Positions 38,331-51,007 of a stretch of DNA of 62,441 nucleotides are shown piece after piece. The stretch's first letter is position 1. Each line of letters starts with the position of its first letter. The position numbers were made by a program, and so were the translations under genes. The stretch comes from Octopus bimaculoides (lineage: Eukaryota). The stretch spans positions 18,124,637 through 18,187,077 of the forward strand of contig NC_068990.1 of assembly GCF_001194135.2 (NCBI RefSeq), written 5' to 3'. The notes under the pieces are model-generated. The model saw only the letters and a list, made by a program, of their open reading frames with translations, was not told the DNA's origin and ran no database searches.

Positions 38331-38579
38331 TGTGTGTGGTTGTGTGTGTGTGGGTGTATAGCTGTGTGTATATATGTTGGCATATGTTAGTGAAAACAAA
38401 ATAAGATCTGCATGTATTGCAATTCTCTCTTTGTTTCACTCTGATCACCTGCCCTTCATCCTCTCTTACATTTTGTTTCTCGCTCATTCTTTATCTCTCG
38501 CCACTACCTTCATCCACTCTGTTAATATTCTGTACTAGTGCGTAGGTTTGTGATATATATATATATATATATATAGATT

Positions 38580-38624
<45 letters not shown>

Positions 38625-39766
38625 TCCTTCAATATACACAAGAGAAAAAGGCCAGGTCAGTTCCTTCTCAATTTTATTCGATTGTCAAAGAATATGTATG
38701 AGAATATGTATATGTATATGTATTTTTCCATATGTGTATTTTCATACACTGTTTTTAACACTGTTTTTAACAATTTCACCTTAATATGACAATCAGTATG
38801 TAACACTACAAAGTTCATACAAAGCTTTATACTTTAAATATATTTTATCATCAAAGNNNNNNNNNNNNNNNNNNNNNNNNNNNNNNNNNNNNNNNNNNNN
38901 NNNNNNNNNNNNNNNNNNNNNNNNNNNNNNNNNNNNNNNNNNNNNNNNNNNNNNNNNNNNNNNNNNNNNNNNNNNNNNNNNNNNNNNNNNNNNNNNNNNN
39001 NNNNNNNNNNNNNNNNNNNNNNNNNNNNNNNNNNNNNNNNNNNNNNNNNNNNNNNNNNNNNNNNNNNNNNNNNNNNNNNNNNNNNNNNNNNNNNNNNNNN
39101 NNNNNNNNNNNNNNNNNNNNNNNNNNNNNNNNNNNNNNNNNNNNNNNNNNNNNNNNNNNNNNNNNNNNNNNNNNNNNNNNNNNNNNNNNNNNNNNNNNNN
39201 NNNNNNNNNNNNNNNNNNNNNNNNNNNNNNNNNNNNNNNNNNNNNNNNNNNNNNNNNNNNNNNNNNNNNNNNNNNNNNNNNNNNNNNNNNNNNNNNNNNN
39301 NNNNNNNNNNNNNNNNNNNNNNNNNNNNNNNNNNNNNNNNNNNNNNNNNNNNNNNNNNNNNNNNNNNNNNNNNNNNNNNNNNNNNNNNNNNNNNNNNNNN
39401 NNNNNNNNNNNNNNNNNNNNNNNNNNNNNNNNNNNNNNNNNNNNNNNNNNNNNNNNNNNNNNNNNNNNNNNNNNNNNNNNNNNNNNNNNNNNNNNNNNNN
39501 NNNNNNNNNNNNNNNNNNNNNNNNNNNNNNNNNNNNNNNNNNNNNNNNNNNNNNNNNNNNNNNNNNNNNNNNNNNNNNNNNNNNNNNNNNNNNNNNNNNN
39601 NNNNNNNNNNNNNNNNNNNNNNNNNNNNNNNNNNNNNNNNNNNNNNNNNNNNNNNNNNNNNNNNNNNNNNNNNNNNNNNNNNNNNNNNNNNNNNNNNNNN
39701 NNNNNNNNNNNNNNNNNNNNNNNNNNNNNNNNNNNNNNNNNNNNNNNNNNNNNNNNNNNNNNNNNN

Positions 39767-39817
<51 letters not shown>

Positions 39818-40534
39818 CATACATAAATTTAAACATGTATAAATTCACACACATACCCACACACACACACTTATATTTACAAACTATTAGCTGCGTTGTT
39901 ATTCTCTGTGTATTGTACCACTTGTACCAGGAAGCAATTATTCGTTTTGTTGCATCATCCACAAACTTTACCTATTAGAGATTCCTACACATATTGTGCC
40001 AGGCTTCCAATAGCGCTATTTGGCACAATAGACAACAGACTGATATTCCACATCGGAATTCCTATCTAATTGCTTGGTCTCTAATTTTTCAATGCATATG
40101 TCTCTCCACCCACGAACTTTGTTTTTATGTTTGCATTTACGATACACCGTATATCTTATGTAGCTAATTGTATGCCAGTTTCTCTATTTTCCATATTTTA
40201 ATAGCTATGCTGTGTTTCGTTATTTCTTCAGTTTTAATGACTGTCAAAGTATAGATTTGCTTTTTTCTGTTTTAATGGCCTTCTTTATTGGTAGTTATCA
40301 TGCTAGAGTACAGCCTTGTTGGGTATCATCGATTGCTTCGATTACCCATGTCAACTGGGATATCGATTTGTGTTTATTTGTTTGATCGATTTGGAGAATG
40401 GTCCTCGACAGTATTTGATCTGTGAACTTAAAACAGCGTAACGAAATAACACAGTTTATTTTCTTCGACATTCAACCGAATCTGCCATCCTGCTATCATA
40501 CGTTTTTATATGTGCATCTGTCAGTTTATTCTTA

Positions 40535-40690
40535 TACTTCTTTCAGCCATTGGACTGCGGCCATTCTGGAACAACGATTGGAAGAGTCTAGTCGAACAAA
40601 TCAACCACAATACTTCTTATTTATAGTCTTGTACTTATTCTATTGGTCCTTTTTGCTGAACTGCTAGGTTACAACACACATACACGCACA
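40535..40690 (-). mobile_element. SINE S1 3' fragment
   Basis: CAGCCATTGGACTGCGGCCATTCTGGA..GTACTTATTCTAT. Confidence 0.7.
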
Positions 40691-41029
40691 CACAGGAAAT
40701 GTCTCAGACATTATCAGCTACCGATCTATCGTCCTTAATTTCAACAAATCAATACAGATATAAGCCGTCATTAATATCCAATTCTTTTATGATATTAAGT
40801 TCTTTGCATTCTTTACTAACGGATAGTATAGTTTTAGTTGCACTAGATTTACCTGTGACTTAGATATGTGTGACTCACCAGTGGTGCTTTTGAAACATCA
40901 GTCTTTGGCATAAGAAAAACCAAACCTTCAATTGTGCCAATTGTTGTCATGTTGGATTCTAATGAGCACCATTGTCCTCTTATTTCTATTTCTGTTTATT
41001 AAATAATACAAATTGTTTTTGGTTTAGGT

Positions 41030-41215
41030 ACAAGGACAGCAGTTTTAAGGCGAACGGTTTGTCAATTACATCGATTCCTGTTAGTTGGTTGGTGCTTTAT
41101 TTCATCGACCCCAGAAGGTTGAAAGAGAAAACTGGTTTCGGCCACATCTAAACTCAAAACTTAAAGAGCTGAAACAAAAAAGTGCAAGACATTTTGACCA
41201 ACGCTCTAAAAATGC
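41030..41215 (-). mobile_element. SINE S3
   Basis: TTTCATCGACCCCAGAAGGTTGAAAG core. Confidence 0.7.
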
Positions 41216-41231
41216 TGCCTGTCTAATTAAT

Positions 41232-41257
41232 ATAACAACAACAACAACAACAACAGC

Positions 41258-41295
<38 letters not shown>

Positions 41296-41592
41296 AAAAC
41301 AACAACAACAACAGCAGCAGCAGCAGCANNNNNNNNNNCAACAACAACAACAACAACACCAGCAACAACAACAACAGCAAGAACAACAACAACAACAGCA
41401 TCAACAACAACAACAGCAACAACAACAACAGCAACAACAACAACAACAACAACAACAACAAAACAGCATCAACAACAATAGCAGCAGCAGCAAGAAGAAG
41501 AAGAAGAAGAAGAAGAAGAAGAAGAAGAAGAAGAAGAAGAAGAAGAAGAAGAAGAAGAAGAAGAAGAAGAACAACAACAACAACAACAACAA
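41232..41592. repeat. (AAC)n/(AGC)n/(AAG)n compound microsatellite
   Basis: Direct sequence. Confidence 0.95.
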
Positions 41593-41776
41593 GAATTCTT
41601 TCTACTATAGGCATAAGCAAGGCCAGAAATTGTGGGGAGGGGTTAGTCGATTACACCGACCGCAGTGTTCAAATGGTACTTATTTTATCGACCCCGAAAG
41701 GATGAAAGGCAAAGTCGACCTCGGCAGAATTTAAACTCAGAACGTAAAACTGGACGAAATGCTGCTAAGCATTTTT
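41590..41776 (-). mobile_element. SINE S3, well preserved, 5'-truncated
   Basis: TTATTTTATCGACCCCGAAAGGATGAAAGGCAAAGTCGACCTCGGCAGAATTTAAACTCAGAACG. Confidence 0.9.
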
Positions 41777-41777
41777 T

Positions 41778-41830
41778 CCTAAGGTTACAGATGGTAACCT
41801 TAGGACACCTAAGGTTACAGGTGGTAACCT
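41778..41830. repeat. Tandem 30-bp palindromic unit CCTAAGGTTAC-N5-GTAACCTTAGG
   Basis: First unit has an 11-bp perfect IR; the second unit is truncated. Confidence 0.85.
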
Positions 41831-42224
41831 GCTACCCACATAGATTCTACCAGGAATAAGACTAAACCTGAATTAAACCAAAAATAATTTGAATAATATG
41901 AATAGAAATATGTTCTTTATAGAACAAAGACTTCTATACGAGAAAAATCTAATCCTGACAAGAAAGTTTCTATATCAGTTAGAATGGGAATAAATATTCA
42001 AAACATTGAAAGAACGTAAAAGTGGAAACTAAATAAGGAATAGTTTAAAGAAATGTGGTCAAAATGAAAGATATAGTAGCTAAGGTGAAAAACAAGTTTT
42101 ACTTCATGGAAGGAAAGGATGTTAAAGACGAGAAAAAGAGCTTACTTCAATGTTTAAATGATACACATTTAGTGAATGAAAGTAGCGTACAAGTGGTTCG
42201 AAAACGAGCTAGAGTTTGTAATGA

Positions 42225-42620
42225 CGAATGACAATTACAGACTTTTATGGAATTTCTCCATAGAGACTGATTATTCTATTCGAGTAATAAAGAGACCAGA
42301 TATGATCGGAGAGTGACAAAAAAAAAAAAAAACGTTTTCGTCGTAGATTTTGCAATCCCATGTAATATAGAATGAATATAAAATAAATTGAGAAAAATTG
42401 AGAAATAACCAGACTTAATCAGACAGATTAAGAGACTGTTGAACACAAAGGTGAAAAGTTGTTCCTATGGTAATTAGTGCAATTGGAACAACACCTTAAC
42501 CAAACTGCTACTTAAGAGACTAAATGACACTGGAATCGAGACACACAATGTCGACCTGCAGTAAAGTGCCATCCTGTATTGTGTAAAAAATTTTGAGATT
42601 TGAGGATATTTCTTTCTAAA
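42225..42620 (+). mobile_element. R4/Dong-type non-LTR retrotransposon 3' end (restriction-like endonuclease), decayed
   Basis: NDNYRLLWNFSIETE, RPDMI, VFVVDFAIP, KIEK*PDL..IKRL, VVPMVISAIGTTP, DLQ*SAIL resemble the LWDF..RPD..D.A.P..K..KY RLE series. Confidence 0.75.
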
Positions 42621-42664
42621 CATTAGGATGGCATCTCTGCTAATTAAATTAGCATGTAATAGCT

Positions 42665-42786
<122 letters not shown>

Positions 42787-43203
42787 CAGGGATACATGAC
42801 ACTGTAGAGAATGTACAGTCACTCAATTATACATGTGAAACTGCTGTTGTCATCATTAATATAGGTAATTAACACAATGAGACTATCATATTAGATAATT
42901 AAATTAATAACGGAAGAAATATGTTGATAGATATTTCAAAGGAAATTAAATTATACATTTCAATATGGCTGTTGAGCAAATTAAGCAAATCCTTTTGTTT
43001 CCATTTATTTCGTACTTTTCTGTTTTGCATTTGTGTCTCATAATTCTTGCTCTTCGCAACTATCTACCTCTCGCTTTCTGCTAGTAATATGTATGTGTAT
43101 GACTCTGTGCATGTATATATTTGTACGTGTATGTATATACACACACACACACACACACACATACACACATATATATACATATATATATGCATACACATAA
43201 TAT

Positions 43204-43235
<32 letters not shown>

Positions 43236-43254
43236 TAATACACACACACATATG

Positions 43255-43850
43255 TTGATGTCGTAAAAACGATGAGCATGCTCTTGATTAAGCAGCGGCT
43301 CTGTCGTGCCTTCTTTGGTTGTGGAGATAAAGGACTCTTCAATGTGACGATCGCTGTTTCGTCTCAGGGTCGCAGTTGTAAGCCCAACTCACGTCACTGT
43401 TGATGATCCTCGACATGAAGGACGGGTCATTAGCGACACGCTGACGGAGATCTTGACCGAATCCGCCGCAATGTTCGTTCTGCTCAGTGGTCAGCAGGCG
43501 AGAGACAACCTTGGCAGAGACATACCGCATTCAGACGTTAGGATTGCCTGCACAGACCCTTATGACGAACAGCATCAGTAATGTCGTTGATTGTCCTCCG
43601 ACAATCCTCAGGCACAAGCTGATATATTTTCTCCACATTTCCGAAAGTGAGGCTCGCGGCAGGTCTCCCAGATCGCTCATCGTCTTCCAGGGATCTTCTT
43701 CCGCTTTTGAAGCGCCAGTGCCACTCGATACATTGCGTACGAACTATTGCCGGGGCATAGGCAATGTCTCTACAGCAAACCTCTTAAAGGTCGCTGCTAG
43801 CTCCCATTGCCTTGGATCTAAGTTAGAAAAGGCCCTTTCTCTATTGGCAA
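43255..43850 (-). mobile_element. Mariner (irritans-like) transposase N-terminal half, defective
   Basis: RTQCIEWHWRFKSGRRSLEDDERSGRP; MRYVSAKVVSRLLT..DPSFMSRIINSDVSWAYNCDPETKQRSS; SMLIVF. Confidence 0.88.
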
Positions 43851-43916
43851 GAAATCTTTAAATAAAACTGAATAATGTCATATATGTCTATATCTGTGTC
43901 TATATACATACATACA

Positions 43917-43945
<29 letters not shown>

Positions 43946-43947
<2 letters not shown>

Positions 43948-44148
43948 TTGGCTGTGTGGTAAGAAGCTCGCTTCCCAACCACATGGCACTAGATTCAGTC
44001 TCACTGCATGTAACCTTGGGCTAGTGTATTCTACTATAGCTCCGGGCCGATCAGAGAAGCCCGTCGTATATATGTANNNNNNNNNNNNNNNNNNNNNNNN
44101 NNNNNNNNNNNNNNNNNNNNNNNNNNNNNNNNNNNNNNNNNNNNNNNN

Positions 44149-44189
<41 letters not shown>

Positions 44190-44420
44190 CTGCGTGTGTC
44201 TTTGTTTCCTATGTTTGTCCCCCACCTCAACCACTTGACAACTGGTGGTGGTTACGTACCCGTAACTTAGCTGTTCGGTAAAAAATTATCCGATAGAATA
44301 AGTACTAGACTTACAAAGAATAAGCCCTGGGGCGTGATTTCTTCAACTAAAACCCTTAAATGCAGTGCCCCAGCATGGCTGTAGTCAAATGACTGAAGCA
44401 ATTAACAGAATAAAAGTATA
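43946..44420 (+). mobile_element. SINE S1 full length (gap in the internal microsatellite)
   Basis: Head GGCTGTGTGGTAAGAAGCTCGCTTCCCAACC through tail GACTGAAGC..TAAAAG. Confidence 0.9.
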
Positions 44421-44865
44421 AATATACACACACACACACTGAAATAATTTATAATATGTGGTGAATACTTTCTACATATGCAAAGTTATGTATAGACATC
44501 AACAAATCTATAAATCTATCAAAGTTGGCTGAAGATTAACATTGGTAAAATTATAAGACGATGAGAATAGAGAAAAAAAACCATTCATATCAATTTATAC
44601 ACCGAAATATAATATAGTTTCCGCACATCATGGCGTAGACATACAAAGATAGCAAGAATATATAAATAACAATAAATACATTTACATACGTATCATAAAA
44701 TAGTGGAATAAATTTGAGTGAAAATAACACTGCAGGAAAATGTATAAAGTCGGAAAATTTAAACATACGGAACTAAGATATACATACAAAGAAAGACTTA
44801 ATATCATACACCAAATGTTATATAATGATTCCAATTATCAATGTATTTGGTTTTGTACGTAAAGC

Positions 44866-45025
44866 TGCAGGCGTTGCTACGTACTAAGAAGCTTGCTTCC
44901 CAACCATATGGTACTGGGTTCAGTCCGACTGCGTTACAATTTAGCAATTGTATTCTACCTCAGCCGCGGCCGACCCGATCCTTGTGGGTATATTTGGTTG
45001 AAGGAGACTGAAAGAAACCCCGTCG

Positions 45026-45028
<3 letters not shown>
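44866..45028 (+). mobile_element. SINE S1 5' half
   Basis: AAGAAGCTTGCTTCCCAACCATATGG..GAAAGAAACCCCGTCG. Confidence 0.85.
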
Positions 45029-45061
<33 letters not shown>

Positions 45062-45799
45062 NNNNNNNNNNNNNNNNNNNNNNNNNNNNNNNNNNNNNNN
45101 NNNNNNNNNNNNNNNNNNNNNNNNNNNNNNNNNNNNNNNNNNNNNNNNNNNNNNNNNNNNNNNNNNNNNNNNNNNNNNNNNNNNNNNNNNNNNNNNNNNN
45201 NNNNNNNNNNNNNNNNNNNNNNNNNNNNNNNNNNNNNNNNNNNNNNNNNNNNNNNNNNNNNNNNNNNNNNNNNNNNNNNNNNNNNNNNNNNNNNNNNNNN
45301 NNNNNNNNNNNNNNNNNNNNNNNNNNNNNNNNNNNNNNNNNNNNNNNNNNNNNNNNNNNNNNNNNNNNNNNNNNNNNNNNNNNNNNNNNNNNNNNNNNNN
45401 NNNNNNNNNNNNNNNNNNNNNNNNNNNNNNNNNNNNNNNNNNNNNNNNNNNNNNNNNNNNNNNNNNNNNNNNNNNNNNNNNNNNNNNNNNNNNNNNNNNN
45501 NNNNNNNNNNNNNNNNNNNNNNNNNNNNNNNNNNNNNNNNNNNNNNNNNNNNNNNNNNNNNNNNNNNNNNNNNNNNNNNNTATTATATAAAGATAGAAAA
45601 ATTAAATACAAGTTGAACGAAGTTTAAGTTTAAAATAATAATGAAGATAAAATTAGTACATATTTAACCGGTGTAATAGTTAAAGCTATACTATTTAAAG
45701 CTAAAGACGTTTATTAATTATAATTAAAGATCAATTGAATAATAGAAAAATATAAGATTATTTATTTCTACAAACGTAATAATAAAAAATATGAATGAA

Positions 45800-45830
<31 letters not shown>

Positions 45831-45840
45831 ACGTGAAGTA

Positions 45841-46230
45841 TATTTGCCACTTAAATGTGGCTAACCACTAAGGGTGGATGCTACTGTAGCTTGTAGCCCC
45901 AGGAGGACATCTCCTCCAGCTGGCTATTGACACACTTTCTGTGCCCTATCAGTATTTGCAAAAGGAAGCCATCCTTCCCATCGTCGAACTGACGTGATAC
46001 GCACGGACCCGGGTTTCTGGGTATCTACCCGTCATCAGCGCATGACAATCACAGGTCATCGAAGATCGGTGAAATAGTACAGCAAGGTTCGCCACCACCC
46101 CTGCCGGAGCCTCGTGGAGGTTTAGGTGTTTTCGCTAAATAAACACTCACAACACCCGGTCTGGGAATCGAAACCGCGATCCTACAACCGCAAGTCCACT
46201 AACCTAACCACTGAGCCATTGCGCCTCCAC
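45841..46230 (-). mobile_element. SINE family S2 head with a different tail (type Y) containing a hammerhead motif
   Basis: 46075-46230 is the reverse complement of the 5261-5420 head (A box TGGCTCAGTGG, B box GGTTTCGATTCCC); 45841-46070 is unrelated to tail X; ends at (TA)n. Confidence 0.88.
46001..46043 (-). ncRNA. Minimal type I hammerhead ribozyme with palindromic helix III
   Basis: AUGCG-CUGAUGA-C-GGGU AGAU ACCC-A-GAAA-CCCGGG-UC/CGUGC. Core boxes are intact, ACCCGGGU is a perfect palindrome, helix I has 4 bp (2 G-U), and there is a C.A mismatch at the base of helix II. Confidence 0.72.
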
Positions 46231-46379
46231 GTTCAGCTAGTGTATATCACCCCAATGAAATGCTTTATACATATGCATACAGACACACATGTACACTGTC
46301 AAACACACACCCATACACACACTTACTTTCACACACTCAGTGTGAGCGATAAACATAGTGTGTGTGTGTGTGTGTGTGC

Positions 46380-46419
<40 letters not shown>

Positions 46420-47089
46420 CAGAGAGAGAGAGAGAGATCTTCTGTTCTATAGGAAAGTGTATGATATACATCCATGCCATTCAGTGCCATCACCACGAGA
46501 CTCCCTGTTAATTAGAATAGTACTACAGCAATGGCAGCGACGCTTTTGATTATAATATGCTCCATAAGTCCCAATCTGAGGTTAATCAATAACTTTAACA
46601 ACAGCAGGCACAATGACAAAAACAACAACACCTATATAAAGAGCCATTTATGACTTTTTTGTGATAGAGTAGACAGAAGCAAATCATTCAGCTGTTCGAC
46701 ACCATTGTTTTGATGGACAATATCTAATTGTAATTTTGGATTTAAATAGTTATCTCATTACAGTTTTACTACAATTCAACTACAGTATTAAAGTTCATGT
46801 TTCTACACACGTAAATTTAATACCTAATCTTTAAATTGGTTTTCTATCTAATCTTTAAATTAGTTTTCTAATTTAGCGATCATTAACAAACAATGCATGC
46901 ACACAATATGTTGCAAATTGTTAAAATCTTGGAAGACAAGAAGAAAGTCAAAATGCCGCTGATTCGTCCTCTTCGACAAAATACCATATTCTAAACATGT
47001 ATTTTTATACATTAAAATATCCTAGACAATATAAAATATGTTGAATGATAAATATTGATTTCTAATTTAGACAGGAGGCTACCGTGTTT

Positions 47090-47800
47090 TTGCGAGAGAA
47101 ATGCTTGATTAAATCAACTTTTGTTCAAGACTGATAATTGTCTAATCAACACGGGGAGGGTAAATGGAAAAATGGACTCTGGCAGAATTTGAACTCAAAC
47201 CATAATGGATCGTAACTACGTGATAGCGTTGAGTACTAATGGTTTATAATTTAGGCGCAAGGACAGTAATTCTGATTTAGATACTTGACTAGAACGTTAT
47301 TTAACCGACCCCGGGGTGGGAGTGGGGGACTAGACTTTGGCGTGTTTTGAGCGCAGAATGAGAGAAATACCGGAAGAAATATATGATATTTTGTCAGATA
47401 TTCTAACGAATCTGCCACTCCACAACCCAGACATGTTTATGAGGGAAGGAAGTTAGTAGATATCATGGAGCACAATGTTTGAGTGACCCAGGAGGGATGT
47501 GAACTCAGAATGTGAGTAGCTTGGAAGGAACGGCGGAAATGCAAACTTCAAAGATCATTTACTATGAAAGAATAAAGAGCCATTATAGGTTGCTGCCAGT
47601 GTCAGGATTTGAACTCACAACAAATATTGTAAAGCATTCTGTTTGATGCTTAACCACTCTGCCGATTTACCGTTCAAATGTCAACCTTAATATGTGCGTA
47701 TGTGCGATAAAATAAGTGTCAGTTGAAGACGGCTATATTTAATCGACTTATTCCCTCTCTGAAACGTATTGGCCTTGTGCCAAAATTTGAAACCAAAAGA
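47090..47800. mobile_element. Cluster of degenerate S3-type SINE fragments (mostly minus strand; last one plus)
   Basis: Repeated GAATTTGAACTCA and ATTCTGCCA motifs; 3' GGCCTTGTGCCAAAATTTGAAACC. Confidence 0.6.
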
Positions 47801-47870
47801 AGCATAAAATACAATTAAAAGTTGAACAGAGACAGGAAAGAGAAAATCAGGGGATGAGCATTAATTGGCT

Positions 47871-47981
47871 ACGACTGAAAAGGCCATGGAAAGATCTATA
47901 CCAGGAATATCACTGAAAAAGCATATCCGAAATGAAGTGATTCGAGGACGGCGCGGACTGAACGATATGATCTCAGAATAC
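47871..47981 (+). mobile_element. RTE-clade LINE C-terminal fragment
   Basis: TTEKAMERSIPGISLKKHIRNEVIRGRRGLNDMI resembles AMER.MLG.SL.D.IRNEEIR.R.GV.D. Confidence 0.7.
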
Positions 47982-48989
47982 CAAAGTTAGTAACAACAGT
48001 AGCAATAAAAGTAAAAAAGAAAAAAAAGCAACACAGCACCTTCGGGTGCTTTTGAAAAAAGTCATTAATGAAGTCTCAACGTGATTACTCGATCTTGTAG
48101 AAGGAGCAGCCAAATCTCTCGCTCATATTATTTTCAATATTGTCTCGAAAATGAGAACAGTTTAGATAATGTAGTCGAAGATGTACAATGTTTAAGGAAA
48201 AAGAAAGTTTAGGAATAGAACTTCATACGTCAAAAGATTGGTTGATTGTGAGTAAAACACAAACAGCAGCAGCAGTTGCTGTAGTAGCATCAGAAACAAC
48301 AACAACAAGAATAGTAACGGCAGCGATTTCTTTTTTAAATAATCAAAGCGACGAATTTAAGCTATGCCAAATTTCTAAGGTAATGAAGATTAGACATCTT
48401 TCGCTCCTCCCTTCCACACCATTTCGCCCACAGACTACAAACAATAAACGGATATTTTGGAAATAAAACATGTCTGTGAAGTGAATACACGTCCAGAGTA
48501 AATGTTCTTGGTTTGTAATTAGGTAATTACCAAACACAAATGATTTTTGAGAGATTCGTAAGACGGCGTTTCGGCGTTTCAAGCCGTTCTCGAAACATGG
48601 GCAAATTTAGTTCTGTCAACTCCAAAGAAGCTAGCCAAGGGAGATAATTTAATTGCACCGATTGCATGAATTTAGATAATTCATGTAATTTAGATAATTC
48701 ATGTGATTAGTGAATGACATATACATGCAACAAATAAATTGAAATAAAACAAAATGAAATAAAATAAACATTTCCAGCAGATTGCAATTTTGCTACCATC
48801 TTCAATAACCTTAGTTTAATTCAAGAAGTAAAGAGGGTACTTAGTGAGGATGGAGTGTGAGGGGAATTAGCGATTGGAAAACTTCGTTTGTGACGTGTCT
48901 TTTTGGGTATATATGCGCGCGTGTGAGTGTGTCACTACGTGCTAATGTATGAGTGCCTGTATGTGTATGCTGATATATGAATGCCTTTA

Positions 48990-49001
48990 TGTGTATGCGA
49001 T

Positions 49002-49032
<31 letters not shown>

Positions 49033-49091
49033 CAAGTGTGCTTGTGTGTGTATGTGTGAGTGTCAAAAAAGGAAAGGAGAGAGCGAGTGAA

Positions 49092-49158
<67 letters not shown>

Positions 49159-49461
49159 AAGAAAGAAAGTGGGAAAGTGAGAGCGAGTGGAAAAGTGAGA
49201 GAAAGAGAGAGACAGAGAGACAGAGAGAAAGAAAGAGAGTTAAAAAGAGTAAAAAAGACACAGAGAGGGAAATAGATCTTACTTTCTTGTCTAATTAACA
49301 CGATTAATTTAATTTAACTAATTATTCGTTTAATTTAAATGTAAAAATACAAGCGATTAGACAAAAGTATATGTGCGCAGGTTTGTATGTATATCTCAGT
49401 ATACTTATATGCAAATATGTATATAAGTATACATACATGCAAACGTACATACACACACTCA

Positions 49462-49516
<55 letters not shown>

Positions 49517-49900
49517 ATACATACGTTTATACATACACGCCCATACGCACAACATGCACACACACACACACACATACACACACCCATATACATAACACGC
49601 ATACACAAGCGTACAAGTATATATATTCATATACATACCTACACATACACATATGTGCATATGCATATATTTAGAGATACAATCATACCTACAAACATGT
49701 ACGTACAGATTACTTGCACAGATACATGTAACAGGCTCCAGCATGACTAGAATTGCTGCCGTTGGAATCAATTAATCAACTATGCATTTATGTCTACGTA
49801 TGTATATATACAAATATATCTGTCCATATGTATGTATGTATGTATGTATGTGTGTGTGTGTGTGTATGTGCGTTTATGTATATGCATGTGTGCATATGAG
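48990..49900. repeat. (GT)n/(GA)n/(TA)n/(CA)n clusters
   Basis: Direct sequence. Confidence 0.9.
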
Positions 49901-50059
49901 TGCCGTTGTCTACAAATATATGCATCTACAATCTACTGTTAGATTTTGTGTTTCAGCAACACTGTATATTGAATTACTTTTTGTTCTTGCATTACGGTCT
50001 GTACGTGTATGTAATAGTTACTAAACTGTACCTGAGTTTACGTAATAATGTGCGATTAC

Positions 50060-50272
50060 CAAGGCAGCGAGCTGGCAGAAAGGTTAGCACGCCGGGCGAA
50101 ATGCTTAGTGGTAATTCGTCTGTCTTTACGTTCTGAGTTCAAATTCCGCCGAAGTCGACTTTGCCTTTCATTCTTTCGGGGTCGATAAATTAAATACCAG
50201 TTACGTACTGGGTCTATGTCATTGACTGCCCCCCTCCCCCAAAATTTCGGGCCTTGTGCTTAGAGTAGAAAA
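50060..50272 (+). mobile_element. SINE S3 full length with a 17-bp target-site duplication
   Basis: TAATAATGTGCGATTAC at 50043-50059 and 50273-50289. Confidence 0.93.
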
Positions 50273-50973
50273 TAATAATGTGCGATTACGAAAATGCCTA
50301 TATATGTGGTNNNNNNNNNNNNNNNNNNNNNNNNNNNNNNNNNNNNNNNNNNNNNNNNNNNNNNNNNNNNNNNNNNNNNNNNNNNNNNNNNNNNNNNNNN
50401 NNNNNNNNNNNNNNNNNNNNNNNNNNNNNNNNNNNNNNNNNNNNNNNNNNNNNNNNNNNNNNNNNNNNNNNNNNNNNNNNNNNNNNNNNNNNNNNNNNNN
50501 NNNNNNNNNNNNNNNNNNNNNNNNNNNNNNNNNNNNNNNNNNNNNNNNNNNNNNNNNNNNNNNNNNNNNNNNNNNNNNNNNNNNNNNNNNNNNNNNNNNN
50601 NNNNNNNNNNNNNNNNNNNNNNNNNNNNNNNNNNNNNNNNNNNNNNNNNNNNNNNNNNNNNNNNNNNNNNNNNNNNNNNNNNNNNNNNNNNNNNNNNNNN
50701 NNNNNNNNNNNNNNNNNNNNNNNNNNNNNNNNNNNNNNNNNNNNNNNNNNNNNNNNNNNNNNNNNNNNNNNNNNNNNNNNNNNNNNNNNNNNNNNNNNNN
50801 NNNNNNNNNNNNNNNNNNNNNNNNNNNNNNNNNNNNNNNNNNNNNNNNNNNNNNNNNNNNNNNNNNNNNNNNNNNNNNNNNNNNNNNNNNNNNNNNNNNN
50901 NNNNNNNNNNNNNNNNNNNNNNNNNNNNNNNNNNNNNNNNNNNNNNNNNNNNNNNNNNNNNNNNNNNNNNNNN

Positions 50974-51007
<34 letters not shown>

